Source: a virus
Taxonomy: Duplodnaviria > Caudoviricetes
Virus record (IMG/VR): IMGVR_UViG_3300027874_000010
Span: 10,413 to 74,412 of that record
Reading direction: 5' to 3' (one strand)
DNA: 64,000 nucleotides
Each line of letters starts with the position of its first letter. Positions within the stretch are counted from its first letter, which is position 1. The position numbers and the translations under genes are program-made. The notes under the pieces were generated by a model. That model saw only the letters and a program-made list of their open reading frames with translations. It did not search any database and was not told the origin of the DNA. Of this stretch, positions 35,701-44,078 are shown one piece after another.

Positions 35701-38700
35701 CTTGAGCGTGCTCAGGATGCGAGACGCGGGCACCGTCGCGGCCATCAACGCCCCAGGGATGTTGCGCCCGCCCGAGAATTTGTACGCCTGACGGAAGCTG
35801 TACGCCCAGGATGACGCGGGCTGATTGCCGACCGTCACCTGATGCGGGTTGCTATCGGGCTTGAAGCCCGCCTGCCGCACCATGTCCGCGTCACGGAATC
35901 TGACGCCGCGATACAGGGTCATCTCCTTGATCCCGTCGCGCGCCAGTTCCTCCTGGGTGTTGTCGTACATAGCACGCGCGAACGCGCGATACGCCTCGCC
36001 GTTCTGTGCGTACACCCTCGCGACGTTGGGGGAGTCCATCGGCATGTGCTCGGTGCGCGCCTTCAGCCCGAACTCCTCGTTGATCGCCTTCTGCATCGCC
36101 ACCGCGTTGATGTTGCCGTCGCCCGACGTGCCAGCCCACATCGCGACCAGGCTGTTGACCGCGTGGTGCTGGCGTGTCTCGCCGGGCTTCAGCAGCGCCG
36201 TGGACAGGCTCATGGCGTACTTGCGGAACGCGGGATTGTTCGCCAGTCGCCCCGAGAGGTTCCGCACGATGTCGCCCTTGAAGTAGTTCGGGTTCAGGTT
36301 GTCGTTGTTGAGCGCCTGCTCAGCCGCCTGCTCGCGCGACTGGGCCTCGGCCTGACCCCACTCCTTGGGCGGCGCGGACATGGCGTTGCCGCCCACCGTC
36401 GTCCAGCGTCCATACTCGTCGCGCGGCTGGTTCTCATCGAATGCCTTGAGTTCGAGCCAGCGCACAGCGGTCTTGGTGTTCACCACATCCTCGGGGAAGC
36501 TCGGCGGGCCGTTACCGTTGGCTGACCAACTGAACGCGGCCACGTCGTCCTTGCCGCCCAGGACCACGACCTCCTTCTCGTCTTTGCACCCGAAGCCGGT
36601 CTTCATGGTCGAGAGGATTCGCGAGGCGGGTACCGTCGCCGCGATGACCGCGCCGTGCGTATCCGAGCCGCCCGCGAAGCCGGAGGCCACGTCGAAGCTG
36701 TACGCCCAGGACGACGCGGGCTGCTCGTTCACCGTCGCCGGGTGCGACTTGTCGTCGTACTCGAAGCCCATCGGCGGGTTGTCAGGCCCGAACTGGAGGC
36801 CACGGTACAGCGTCATCTCGCTGATGCCCTGGCGCGCCAGTTCCTCCTGGGTGTTCTGATACATCGCCCGCGCGAACGCGCGCAGGCCCGGCCCCTGCTC
36901 CCTGTACTCCTTGCGCGCCTCGAACTTCAGGTCCGCTGCGCTCTTGTCCCACGATGGTCCGCTGAGCAGATGGTCCATGCGGGCGTCGTTCAGGTGGAAC
37001 TCGTCGCGTATGGCCTGCTGCATGATGACCGACTGGACGTTGTTGTCACCCGAGCTATTGGCCCACTGCGCGATCAACCCCGACGCCGTGTCTACGGGGC
37101 TGGAGGTGCCAAAGCGCTTCTCGCCGTCAGCCAGGTACTTCTCCCAGTCGGGGTTGCCCTGCAGCCGATACGCGAGATCCTTGCTCAGGCGCTCCTTGTA
37201 CTCCGAGGCCGAGTGGGAATCGAACTGGCTGTCGATGGCCGCATCCGCGACGTTCTCGCGTCCGATGAGCGTGGAGCCTGACTCCTTGGCTGGAGCCTTG
37301 AGCGCATCCTCCTCGGCGTTGCCCTCAGCGGTCCAGCGGCCGGCGGCATCGCGCGCCTGGTTCGGGTCGTAGTCCTTTGTCTCCAGGGATCTCCAGGCGG
37401 TCTTGACGTTGAACAGTCCCTCGGGACTGAGCGGGCGTCCGGAGAGCTTGCTCCAGGCTTGTGCGGCGACCTGATCGTTACCGCCCAGGACCACCACTTC
37501 GTGTTCCCGCTCGCACCCGATACCCGAGTTCAAGGTGCTCAGGATGCGACTGGCGGGCACCGTTGCCGCCAGCATCGCGCCCCGCGAGTCGAAGTGACCA
37601 TGCAGCGCACTCGCGGCCTGCGTCACGACGCCAGCGATGGTCGCGCTCCCAAAATCGTAGGACCACGATGAGGCGGGCTGCTGGCTGACCGTCGTCGCGT
37701 GGGGTTCACCGTCGAACGTCAGGCCAGGGGGAGTCTGAGAGCCGAAGCTCATGCCGCGATACAGGGTCATCTCCTTGATGCCCTTTGAAGCGAGGTCGGC
37801 CTGAGTGTTGTCGTACATCGCCCGCGCAAACGCGCGGTAGGCCGCACCGTTGGCCTCGTAGTCGGGTCGCGCCCCTTCAATGCCCAGGTGATCCGTCACG
37901 GCGTCCTTCAGTCCGAACTCGTCGCGGATCGCCATCTGCATTGCCACGGCCTGCGGTCGGTTGTCACCCGAGGACTGCGCCCACAACTGGACCAGCGACG
38001 ACGCCGCCGTCTCGGACTGAGTGGGCACGTGCGCCCTGAGCACGTCGTACATCACCACCCTGGGCGGAACGGGATGCGCTCGCGTCAGGTACTCCTTCCA
38101 GGCGGGGTTGTCCTCAAGTCGGTCGCTGAGTTCCTTGGCGATGCGGACTTTTTCCTCGGGCCGCGAGGTCGAGTGGTCGTTGAGCGCACGGTCGGCTTCG
38201 TCCCGCCGCGCGTGCGCCACGATTTGCTCCTTGGACCAACCAGGCTTGCCGAAGGCTTCGATGGCCGAGGCTGTGGGTGCGCCGGTCGCCGCCCACCGTC
38301 CGCGCTCGTCGCGCGCCTGGTCCGGGTCGTACGCCTTGAAATCAAGCGATAACCCGTTATCGGCCCAGGTCTTGGTGTGGACCAGATCGCCCGGCTCGGA
38401 CGGCGGGAAGCCGTGGTTGGCGTACCAGGCCCACGAGTTGACTTCATCCTTGCCACCCAGGACCACGACCTCCTTCTCGTCCTTGCAACCCCACCCCGAG
38501 TCCATCGTGCTCAAGATCCGTGAGGCGGGCACGGTCGCGGCGAGCATCGCGCCGGTACCGCTCTCGGTCGGCGCGAAGCCGCTGGCCTGGTGGTAGCTGT
38601 AGGACCACGACGAGGCGGGCTGCTCGACGGTGGTGACCGCGTGCTCGCGGCCGTCGAAGATCAGACCCGTCTTCGGATCCGGGATGGTGGGGTGCGGCGT

Positions 38701-41421
38701 CACGCCGCCGACGCCGGTATCGAAGCTCATACCGCGATACAGGGTCATCTCGGTAATGCCTTTTGCAGCCAGGTCCGCCTGGGTGTTTTCATACATCGCC
38801 CGCGCGAAATCGCGGTACGCCTCGCCCCTGATGGCGTACTCCTGGCGCATCTCCTCCTTCAGGCTGGCCGCGCTCGTTCCACTCGATTCCCAGGACTGGC
38901 CGCTGAGCAGATGGTCAGTCGTCGCGTCTTTCAGCCCGAACTCGTCCTTGACAGCCTGCTGCAGCGCCGCCGGAATCACGTGGTTGTCGCCTGATGAGCC
39001 GGCCCAACTCTGGATCAGGTTGGACGCAGCCCAGGCACGCTCGGCAGCGACACTCCTGGCAGGCGCTTCCATCGGCTCGCTGCCCGACCAGTTCTGGTAC
39101 GGGTGCTCGCGGAACGCCTCGGCCTGAGAGTGCGCGTAGTCGTTGAAGGCGGCACTGCCCTCCAGTCGATCCCCGATCTCCTGGGAGATGCGCGCCTTGT
39201 ACTCCTGCTTGGAGGCGCTCATGTCGTTGATCGCCTCGTCCACTTGGTTGTGCGCCGTCTCCGCTGCCGCCGTGCCCGCCGCCGGACTGCCCGGGAAGTA
39301 CGAGCCTTCTTCGGGGTTCGGCAGGCTCGGCGTGCCGGTCGCCGCCCACCGTCCGCGCTCGTCACGCGGCTGGCTCGGGTCGTAGTCCTTGCGCTCCAGG
39401 GGGAGCCATACTGTCTTGACGCTCAACAGCGGCCCGGTGCTCTTGGGTGGACCGGCACCACCCGCGTCCCACGCCTGGGCAGTCACTTCATCTTTGCCGC
39501 CGAGCAACACCACCTCGCGCTCGGGCTTGCAACCAAAGCCCGAGTTCATGGTTGAGAGGATGCGACTGGCGGGGACGGTCGCCGCCATGACCGCACCCGG
39601 GTAGCTGCTGCCAGCTTCGGACGAGAACGTCGTGGCCTGGGAATAGGCGTACGCCCAGGACGAGGCCGGCTGCTGCACCACCGTGGTGCGGTGCGGCTCG
39701 CCATCCCCCTGCAGGCCGGCTGGCAACTCGGCATCGCGGGCGAAGTGCATCCCGCGATAGATGGTCATCTCCTTGATGCCCTTCGCCGCCAGGTCTGCCT
39801 GGGTGTTGTCGTACATCGCTCGCACGAACGCGCGGTAGCCATCCCCGAACGTGCCACCCGAGAGGCCGGTGGACTGGTTCGAGAAGTCACTGGCTCGACT
39901 GAGGTCCGTCCGGCCCACGTGGTCCATCGTCGCGTCCTTCAGGCCGAACTCGTCCTTGATGGCCTGCTGCATGGCGACCGAGGCGCTGCTGGAGTCCATC
40001 GAGGTGTTGGCCCATCCCTCGATCAGTTGGCTGACCAACTTCTCCGACGCCGCCGGACCGGTCGATGCGCCCACGTAGTCGCGGAACTTGACCCACCGTG
40101 GATCTTTGTTGGCGCGGACGGCGATCTCCTTGGCGATGCGCGCCTTGTACGCCTCGCGTGTGGCACTCTGGTCGTTGAGCGCGGCCTCGGTCGCTTTGAG
40201 CATCGCCTGCCCGGAGTCCTTGCCCGTGTCAGGCGCGCGAGTCACGTCGCCCGCGCCCACCGTCCAGCGACCGGATTCGTCGCGCGGTTCGCTCTCGTCG
40301 TACGCCTTGAATTGTCCAGCGCGTTGGACAGTTTTTCTGCGCGGGTTGTACTTGGCTCCTGGGCGCGACAGCATGCCCGCGATTCGCGGACCGTCGCCTT
40401 TGCCGAAGAAGTTGCCCGCGCCCGTCCACGAGTTCACCGTGTCCTGTCCGCCGAGCACGACGATCTCGTTCTCGTCCTTGCAGCCCATGCCGCTTTTCAT
40501 CGTGCTCAGGATGCGTTCGGCCGGCACCGTCGCGGCCATGACCGTGCCCACGACGCCGCCCGAGAAGGCACGCGCCACGTCCGGGTTGTAGGACCACGAC
40601 GACGCGGGCTGCTGAGTGACCGTCAGCGTCTCGGTGGCGGGCACGTCCTGATTCAGGCCGAAGCCTGCGGCGTGGGCGTCAGACGAGCGATCCCAGGACA
40701 TGCCGCGATACAGCGTCATCTCCGAGATCCCCTGGGCCTTCAGTTCAGCCTGAGTGTTGTCGTACATCGCCCTGGCGAACGCGCGATACGCCTCGCCGTT
40801 TTTGGCGTAGTCCCGCTCGGCCTGCTCCATCGTGCCTGCCAGGTCTTCGCTCAGGAAGTGCTCGGTGCTGGCGTTGGTCAGCCCGAACTCGCGCTGCACG
40901 GCGAGTTGCATCGCCACTGCCTGGCGGTCGCCGTCACCCGAGGTGCCCGCCCACTGGTTGACGAGGATGCTGACGCCGGTCTTCAGCGGGTCGGCCTCGC
41001 GGTCCCACATCGGCTTGAGCATCGGGTTGTGACGACCCGTCGCGACCATCTCTTTGAAGGCCGCGTTGTCGCGCAGCCGCGTGGCGATCTCGTCGGTAAT
41101 GCGCGCCTTGTACTCCTCGGCCTTGGCGTTGGGATCGTTGAGCTTGGCGTCGGCCTCCGCGACACGCTCATTGACGCGCTCCTCGCTGGCGCGCTTGGGC
41201 TGCGCCGTACCACCGCCCGAGTCCGTCCAGCGCCCACCTTCGTCGCGCGGCTGAGACGGATCGAAGTCCTTCTTCACCCACACGCCGCTGCGATTTTCCA
41301 GAAAGCTAAATTTTCGGAGCTTGGTGGTCGGCCGCTGCTCCTCGGCCGCGAGGTCCGCCCAAATCTTGTCGAGGATGGCCTCGTCCTCGGGCGTGGTGTC
41401 GTACGGCGAGCCGACGCTCAC
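32743..41421 (-). CDS. Nine-module polyprotein (2892 aa): seven ADP-ribosyltransferase-like domains + two HExxH metallopeptidases, each with an N-terminal PRDxxGRW tag
   Basis: Seven copies of EMT[LIV]YRG...QPASSW[SA]Y...AA[TK]VPA.RILST..[ST]G.GC..E.E.V.LG (R-S-ExE); THELAH and VHEFGH modules with SRYA...E..AE. Confidence 0.92.
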   Translation of the reverse strand: MSVGSPYDTTPEDEAILDKIWADLAAEEQRPTTKLRKFSFLENRSGVWVKKDFDPSQPRDEGGRWTDSGGGTAQPKRASEERVNERVAEADAKLNDPNAKAEEYKARITDEIATRLRDNAAFKEMVATGRHNPMLKPMWDREADPLKTGVSILVNQWAGTSGDGDRQAVAMQLAVQREFGLTNASTEHFLSEDLAGTMEQAERDYAKNGEAYRAFARAMYDNTQAELKAQGISEMTLYRGMSWDRSSDAHAAGFGLNQDVPATETLTVTQQPASSWSYNPDVARAFSGGVVGTVMAATVPAERILSTMKSGMGCKDENEIVVLGGQDTVNSWTGAGNFFGKGDGPRIAGMLSRPGAKYNPRRKTVQRAGQFKAYDESEPRDESGRWTVGAGDVTRAPDTGKDSGQAMLKATEAALNDQSATREAYKARIAKEIAVRANKDPRWVKFRDYVGASTGPAASEKLVSQLIEGWANTSMDSSSASVAMQQAIKDEFGLKDATMDHVGRTDLSRASDFSNQSTGLSGGTFGDGYRAFVRAMYDNTQADLAAKGIKEMTIYRGMHFARDAELPAGLQGDGEPHRTTVVQQPASSWAYAYSQATTFSSEAGSSYPGAVMAATVPASRILSTMNSGFGCKPEREVVLLGGKDEVTAQAWDAGGAGPPKSTGPLLSVKTVWLPLERKDYDPSQPRDERGRWAATGTPSLPNPEEGSYFPGSPAAGTAAAETAHNQVDEAINDMSASKQEYKARISQEIGDRLEGSAAFNDYAHSQAEAFREHPYQNWSGSEPMEAPARSVAAERAWAASNLIQSWAGSSGDNHVIPAALQQAVKDEFGLKDATTDHLLSGQSWESSGTSAASLKEEMRQEYAIRGEAYRDFARAMYENTQADLAAKGITEMTLYRGMSFDTGVGGVTPHPTIPDPKTGLIFDGREHAVTTVEQPASSWSYSYHQASGFAPTESGTGAMLAATVPASRILSTMDSGWGCKDEKEVVVLGGKDEVNSWAWYANHGFPPSEPGDLVHTKTWADNGLSLDFKAYDPDQARDERGRWAATGAPTASAIEAFGKPGWSKEQIVAHARRDEADRALNDHSTSRPEEKVRIAKELSDRLEDNPAWKEYLTRAHPVPPRVVMYDVLRAHVPTQSETAASSLVQLWAQSSGDNRPQAVAMQMAIRDEFGLKDAVTDHLGIEGARPDYEANGAAYRAFARAMYDNTQADLASKGIKEMTLYRGMSFGSQTPPGLTFDGEPHATTVSQQPASSWSYDFGSATIAGVVTQAASALHGHFDSRGAMLAATVPASRILSTLNSGIGCEREHEVVVLGGNDQVAAQAWSKLSGRPLSPEGLFNVKTAWRSLETKDYDPNQARDAAGRWTAEGNAEEDALKAPAKESGSTLIGRENVADAAIDSQFDSHSASEYKERLSKDLAYRLQGNPDWEKYLADGEKRFGTSSPVDTASGLIAQWANSSGDNNVQSVIMQQAIRDEFHLNDARMDHLLSGPSWDKSAADLKFEARKEYREQGPGLRAFARAMYQNTQEELARQGISEMTLYRGLQFGPDNPPMGFEYDDKSHPATVNEQPASSWAYSFDVASGFAGGSDTHGAVIAATVPASRILSTMKTGFGCKDEKEVVVLGGKDDVAAFSWSANGNGPPSFPEDVVNTKTAVRWLELKAFDENQPRDEYGRWTTVGGNAMSAPPKEWGQAEAQSREQAAEQALNNDNLNPNYFKGDIVRNLSGRLANNPAFRKYAMSLSTALLKPGETRQHHAVNSLVAMWAGTSGDGNINAVAMQKAINEEFGLKARTEHMPMDSPNVARVYAQNGEAYRAFARAMYDNTQEELARDGIKEMTLYRGVRFRDADMVRQAGFKPDSNPHQVTVGNQPASSWAYSFRQAYKFSGGRNIPGALMAATVPASRILSTLKTGIGCKNEDEVVVLGSTDDVVAAQAWGNTPTGAPHGASEIFHTKLALQLVASLRHWFTKAYDESQPRDERGRWTHLGQAIPLSDPHALSAVMLLDKGSVHTIPSGAKAFGTPEEAERHTAAQSAAIPGISVRVVYDVPGNVQPGDKILVSEAPDINPDVIHVKGSILPPDYKPPEPEVIPRPTAFAPAKSLEDAAQFTRGLGIKYPHFEEQGDLPIANEANRQLFDITEKNPSMVMPKSVAVESMADRDTLASYNRGGDYLAVNRNGDWSNAKATAQDQANSHAWSDSDPAHVMTHELAHLQHAVHEESLGKEHDAHEPWANPAHRAAAAQVSRYAATEPAEFVAETYTGMLNGKTYSQDVMDAYHAYDGPPLPSALPSHKTWALLELKEYDPNQARDERGRWEATGAPSAPDDPLGMGRTAVNAARADEQAANKALFNPRSSRDEYKERISWELGNRLKDSAPFNEYVQRLLDEGRASRAGLPSRQMDDVDRVNQTARLVHGWAETSGDTNVRAIAMQQAIKDEFGLEDATTEHLDARVAYQGRDAQARVEQEYQQNGAAYRAFARAMYDNTQADLAAKGITEMTVYRGLNFSAGKTVAALQRETGMKFNGKPAVVQTAQQPASSWSYSFKQAANFAGEHEGAMMAAKVPASRILSTMNSGFGCKPEKEVVLLGGKDEVSAQAYSKRRGGGPPPNGAALFQTKTTWADLETKAYDPDQPRDDSGRWTSGGGGGAPKPKFAALDAPLKNPPAALGPESPYGQNDATKWSQAQIAKALKGTLPNPRARVDYDSYLKRQLVPVSQFLGKLSNQYPEVGKMLLQVGQPRTKDMKDYMRENPQAIMATSSNEFGYSAIHFGSGYQPNDPLPAEKYERDGADTGFSYPESKIPGSTAVHEFGHAVANAIQDNRDAFTEDQRMAFNSFFFLSKTLAPENVGDFSRYAQRSRDEAWAEAFSAYYLGSEHPVAKAAGDVMKKVFGKAPRASDE
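38348..38361. promoter_or_regulatory. Palindrome GATAACCCGTTATC (copy 5 of 7)
   Basis: In the linker between polyprotein modules 3 and 4. Confidence 0.65.
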
Positions 41422-42239
41422 GCGCTCAGGCCCTTGGCCTTGAGGTACGCGGCCATCACCTGGCGACCCTGGGAAGTCGGGTCAGTGTCCATCGTCATGC
41501 CCGTTGGTCCGCCGTGCTCCTTCCAGAACGCCGCGCCGCCGGGCATCTTCATCAGGTTGCTGAGCGTGCCCGCGCCCTTGTACTGGGCCGGCCAGGTGGG
41601 GCGGAAGCCGACCGGAGCGTCGAAGCCGATGCGCGCCCAGGTGTAGTAGCCGTTTTCCTCGGGGTGGAACTCCTTGGAGCCGACGCCGGTGAGTTGGACC
41701 TTGGGCAGGCCAGCCTGGTGCGCTGCCTCGACCGCCCGCGCCATGACCTGCACGCCCTTGCCGGATCCGCGCGCCTCGGGCTTCAGGTAGATCTGTTCGT
41801 AGTGCAGGTACGGGCCGTTCGGCGCACCGTAGGTGCCGTCGCCGTTGTAGATCATGGCGACGGCCTGGTCTTCGATGTCGGGGTGCTCCGCGACGATGGC
41901 TACGCCTGGACCGTGCATCTGGTCATCCCAGTTGACGACCTTGATCTTGGCCCCGTTCGGAGCACCGACCAGTCCCGCGATCTGGTGGTCCGAGAGATCC
42001 CTACCCAGGAGCTTCTGCACGCGCGCGTGCACATCCTTGGCGACTTCGAGCGGACCGCTGCTGCCACCAGCAGTCCAGCGACCACCCTCATCTCGCTCCT
42101 CGGTTTCCCACGCTGCCTTGCGGTTTTGATCCGGCCGAAATAACAAACGCCGGGTAGGGACAATCTCCCCTACCTCGGCGCTAACGACCCGCCGCAGGGT
42201 CGCCTCCATGTCCAGCAGTGCGGCTCTTGGCTCAGCCAT
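41418..42239 (-). CDS. Tagged GNAT-like acetyltransferase
   Basis: Tag KAAWETEERDEGGRW; GNAT motif A IYLKPEARGSGKG; GYYTWARIGF. Confidence 0.8.
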   Translation of the reverse strand: MAEPRAALLDMEATLRRVVSAEVGEIVPTRRLLFRPDQNRKAAWETEERDEGGRWTAGGSSGPLEVAKDVHARVQKLLGRDLSDHQIAGLVGAPNGAKIKVVNWDDQMHGPGVAIVAEHPDIEDQAVAMIYNGDGTYGAPNGPYLHYEQIYLKPEARGSGKGVQVMARAVEAAHQAGLPKVQLTGVGSKEFHPEENGYYTWARIGFDAPVGFRPTWPAQYKGAGTLSNLMKMPGGAAFWKEHGGPTGMTMDTDPTSQGRQVMAAYLKAKGLSA

Positions 42240-42435
42240 AGCGCGGCACGTACTCCTCGACTACCAGCCAGTTGCCGCCGCACGCCGGACAGTGCAGTGG
42301 GAGCGGGCGTTGCTCGGGTGCCTCGCGTCCGCACATGAAGCAGCGGTACTCGCGCACGAGGTCTTTGTCCAGCCGGCGGCGTACCGCAGGCACGAGGAAA
42401 TCGTCGTCCTCCAGAGTCTTGCGGGGCCGGGGCAC
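42232..42435 (-). CDS. Zinc-ribbon protein
   Basis: YRCFMCG...CPACGG. Confidence 0.7.
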   Translation of the reverse strand: MPRPRKTLEDDDFLVPAVRRRLDKDLVREYRCFMCGREAPEQRPLPLHCPACGGNWLVVEEYVPRYG

Positions 42436-42481
42436 GGCTCCAGTGTAGCCCTGCGGTCAATCTCAGAGCATGCGCTAATGC

Positions 42482-42510
42482 TTGCGAACACGTGCGAGAT
42501 TTTGTACACT
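42482..42510 (+). promoter_or_regulatory. Sigma70-like promoter, repeated cassette family
   Basis: TTGCGA-17-TACACT, GTGCG box, SD GGAAGGAGA. Confidence 0.7.
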
Positions 42511-42529
42511 CTATTCGGAAGGAGAAGTG

Positions 42530-43174
42530 ATGACCACCACCACCGCCCGCGCCTCAGCCCCTCGGCCCGAGGGCGGGATCACGATCCCTGAGTACGCCCC
42601 AGGGATGGAGAAGGACCAGTACGGCAAGCCGCTCGTCGTGGCCTGGAACCAGTCCTACGTCGGGGCCGTGCTCATGACCTACGAACGCAACGGCTACGAC
42701 GACTCGGACTTCTTCGCCATCGTTTACGACGAGGCGACCGACTCGCTCAAGCACGTCGAATACGCCAGCACCCGTGGTTACACCTACGACTGCGGAGCGC
42801 GCGTGGACGCGACCGAGGAAGTCAAGGCCAAGGCCCGCGAAGTCCTGCGGCGCGCGAGCTTCCGGTCGCTGACCGCTGCGGCGGCGAACGAGGCCGAAGC
42901 GCCCGAGGTCGGCAAGGCCGTCACCGTCGTCAAGGGCCGCAAGGTTCCAGTCGGGACCGCAGGCACCGTCGTCTGGAAGGGCGTGGATGCCTACAAGTCG
43001 AAGTACGGCTCGACCCACTACCGGGTGGGCGTCAAGGATGCCAGCGGCACCGTCCACTGGACCAGCGCTGACAACGTGAGGGTGGTCGATCCCCAGGACT
43101 TCATGCCCGCCTGGAGCGACCTCGAACAGCGGGCCGCGCGGTACGCCCGAGGCGACCACTGGCGGCAGTACTGA
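42530..43174 (+). CDS. Hypothetical early protein (GYDDSDF motif, KOW/SH3-like C-terminus)
   Basis: Promoter + SD; track ORF. Confidence 0.85.
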   Translation: MTTTTARASAPRPEGGITIPEYAPGMEKDQYGKPLVVAWNQSYVGAVLMTYERNGYDDSDFFAIVYDEATDSLKHVEYASTRGYTYDCGARVDATEEVKAKAREVLRRASFRSLTAAAANEAEAPEVGKAVTVVKGRKVPVGTAGTVVWKGVDAYKSKYGSTHYRVGVKDASGTVHWTSADNVRVVDPQDFMPAWSDLEQRAARYARGDHWRQY

Positions 43175-43197
43175 GAGGACCTAGCGCCCTCTCTTTC

Positions 43198-43227
43198 TTG
43201 CGCTTGTGTGCGAATGTCGGCTAAAAT
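43198..43227 (+). promoter_or_regulatory. Sigma70-like promoter, repeated cassette family
   Basis: TTGCGC-18-TAAAAT, GTGCG box. Confidence 0.65.
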
Positions 43228-43249
43228 GCTCTTGGAAGGAGAGAGCAGG

Positions 43250-43480
43250 ATGTTCACCCGGATGCCACCACCATCCAAAGAGGAGCGCGCGAAGTTGGCG
43301 CAGTACGTCTTGGATGAGCGCACGGCGCGCAACAAGAAGCGTGACCCGGACAAAGAGGGGTCGCGCGGCTCGACTTGCGAAGACTCGGGCATGAGCTACG
43401 GCGGGCGACCCCGCCAGCCCAAGAAGCGGCGACGGCCCGCGCAGTCGCGCTACGACAGCTACCACACGTGGAAGGGGTAA
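43250..43480 (+). CDS. Basic hypothetical protein
   Basis: SD GGAAGGAGAG. Confidence 0.7.
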   Translation: MFTRMPPPSKEERAKLAQYVLDERTARNKKRDPDKEGSRGSTCEDSGMSYGGRPRQPKKRRRPAQSRYDSYHTWKG

Positions 43481-43482
43481 CG

Positions 43483-43698
43483 ATGTTCACCACACAGCAA
43501 GCGACCTACGTGCGCGAATTACTCGAAGACGAGGTTGACAAGCACGACCTGAACGTCTTCGGCGCAGAGCAGGACATGCAGCACAAGTACGAGCGCATCC
43601 GTGAGCGCGGCAAGCGGCGTCTGCCCGAAGCGCAGCGCAAGCTGGCCCTGGCCCAGGAGACGCTCCAGGCATTCGTGAAGGAGTACTTCCCCAAGTGA
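43483..43698 (+). CDS. Hypothetical protein
   Basis: SD; overlap with the next gene. Confidence 0.7.
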   Translation: MFTTQQATYVRELLEDEVDKHDLNVFGAEQDMQHKYERIRERGKRRLPEAQRKLALAQETLQAFVKEYFPK

Positions 43699-44078
43699 GC
43701 CACCCCGTCACCGGCGTCACCACGCCGACCTACGAAAACTTCCGACATCTGCCCACGGTGTTCTCGGTGCGCATGACCAGCGTCTGTCCGCACGGCAAGC
43801 GCTCGAACCAGTGCTGCGGCAACGCGGAGTGGCTCCAAGTAATCCACGCCGTCAACGGTGCGCTTGAAGAAGGCACGCGCCAGGAGCACGGTTTCGGCGC
43901 TCCGGTCGCGACCTACGCCTGGTGGACGGGCGGCATCTGGACCGAGGAGTACCCCGAGTTTCGGGTGCTGCTGCGGCCGGACTGGACCACCAACATCGTC
44001 GCCAAGACCGAGGCGGCGGCGGAACGACTGAAGGCGGCGGTGCGCCAGGTCACCGGTCACGAGGCTGTCGGTGCCTGA
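43695..44078 (+). CDS. Hypothetical protein
   Basis: GTGA overlap. Confidence 0.7.
   Translation: MSHPVTGVTTPTYENFRHLPTVFSVRMTSVCPHGKRSNQCCGNAEWLQVIHAVNGALEEGTRQEHGFGAPVATYAWWTGGIWTEEYPEFRVLLRPDWTTNIVAKTEAAAERLKAAVRQVTGHEAVGA

Noticed and set aside
33520-41270. Regular repeats considered as CRISPR array or DGR/shufflon
   Set aside because: Repeats are ~1 kb apart, in frame and degenerate at third positions; no cas, reverse transcriptase or invertase gene in the window
34561-41646. 417-aa and 651-aa plus-strand ORFs
   Set aside because: Antisense to the polyprotein
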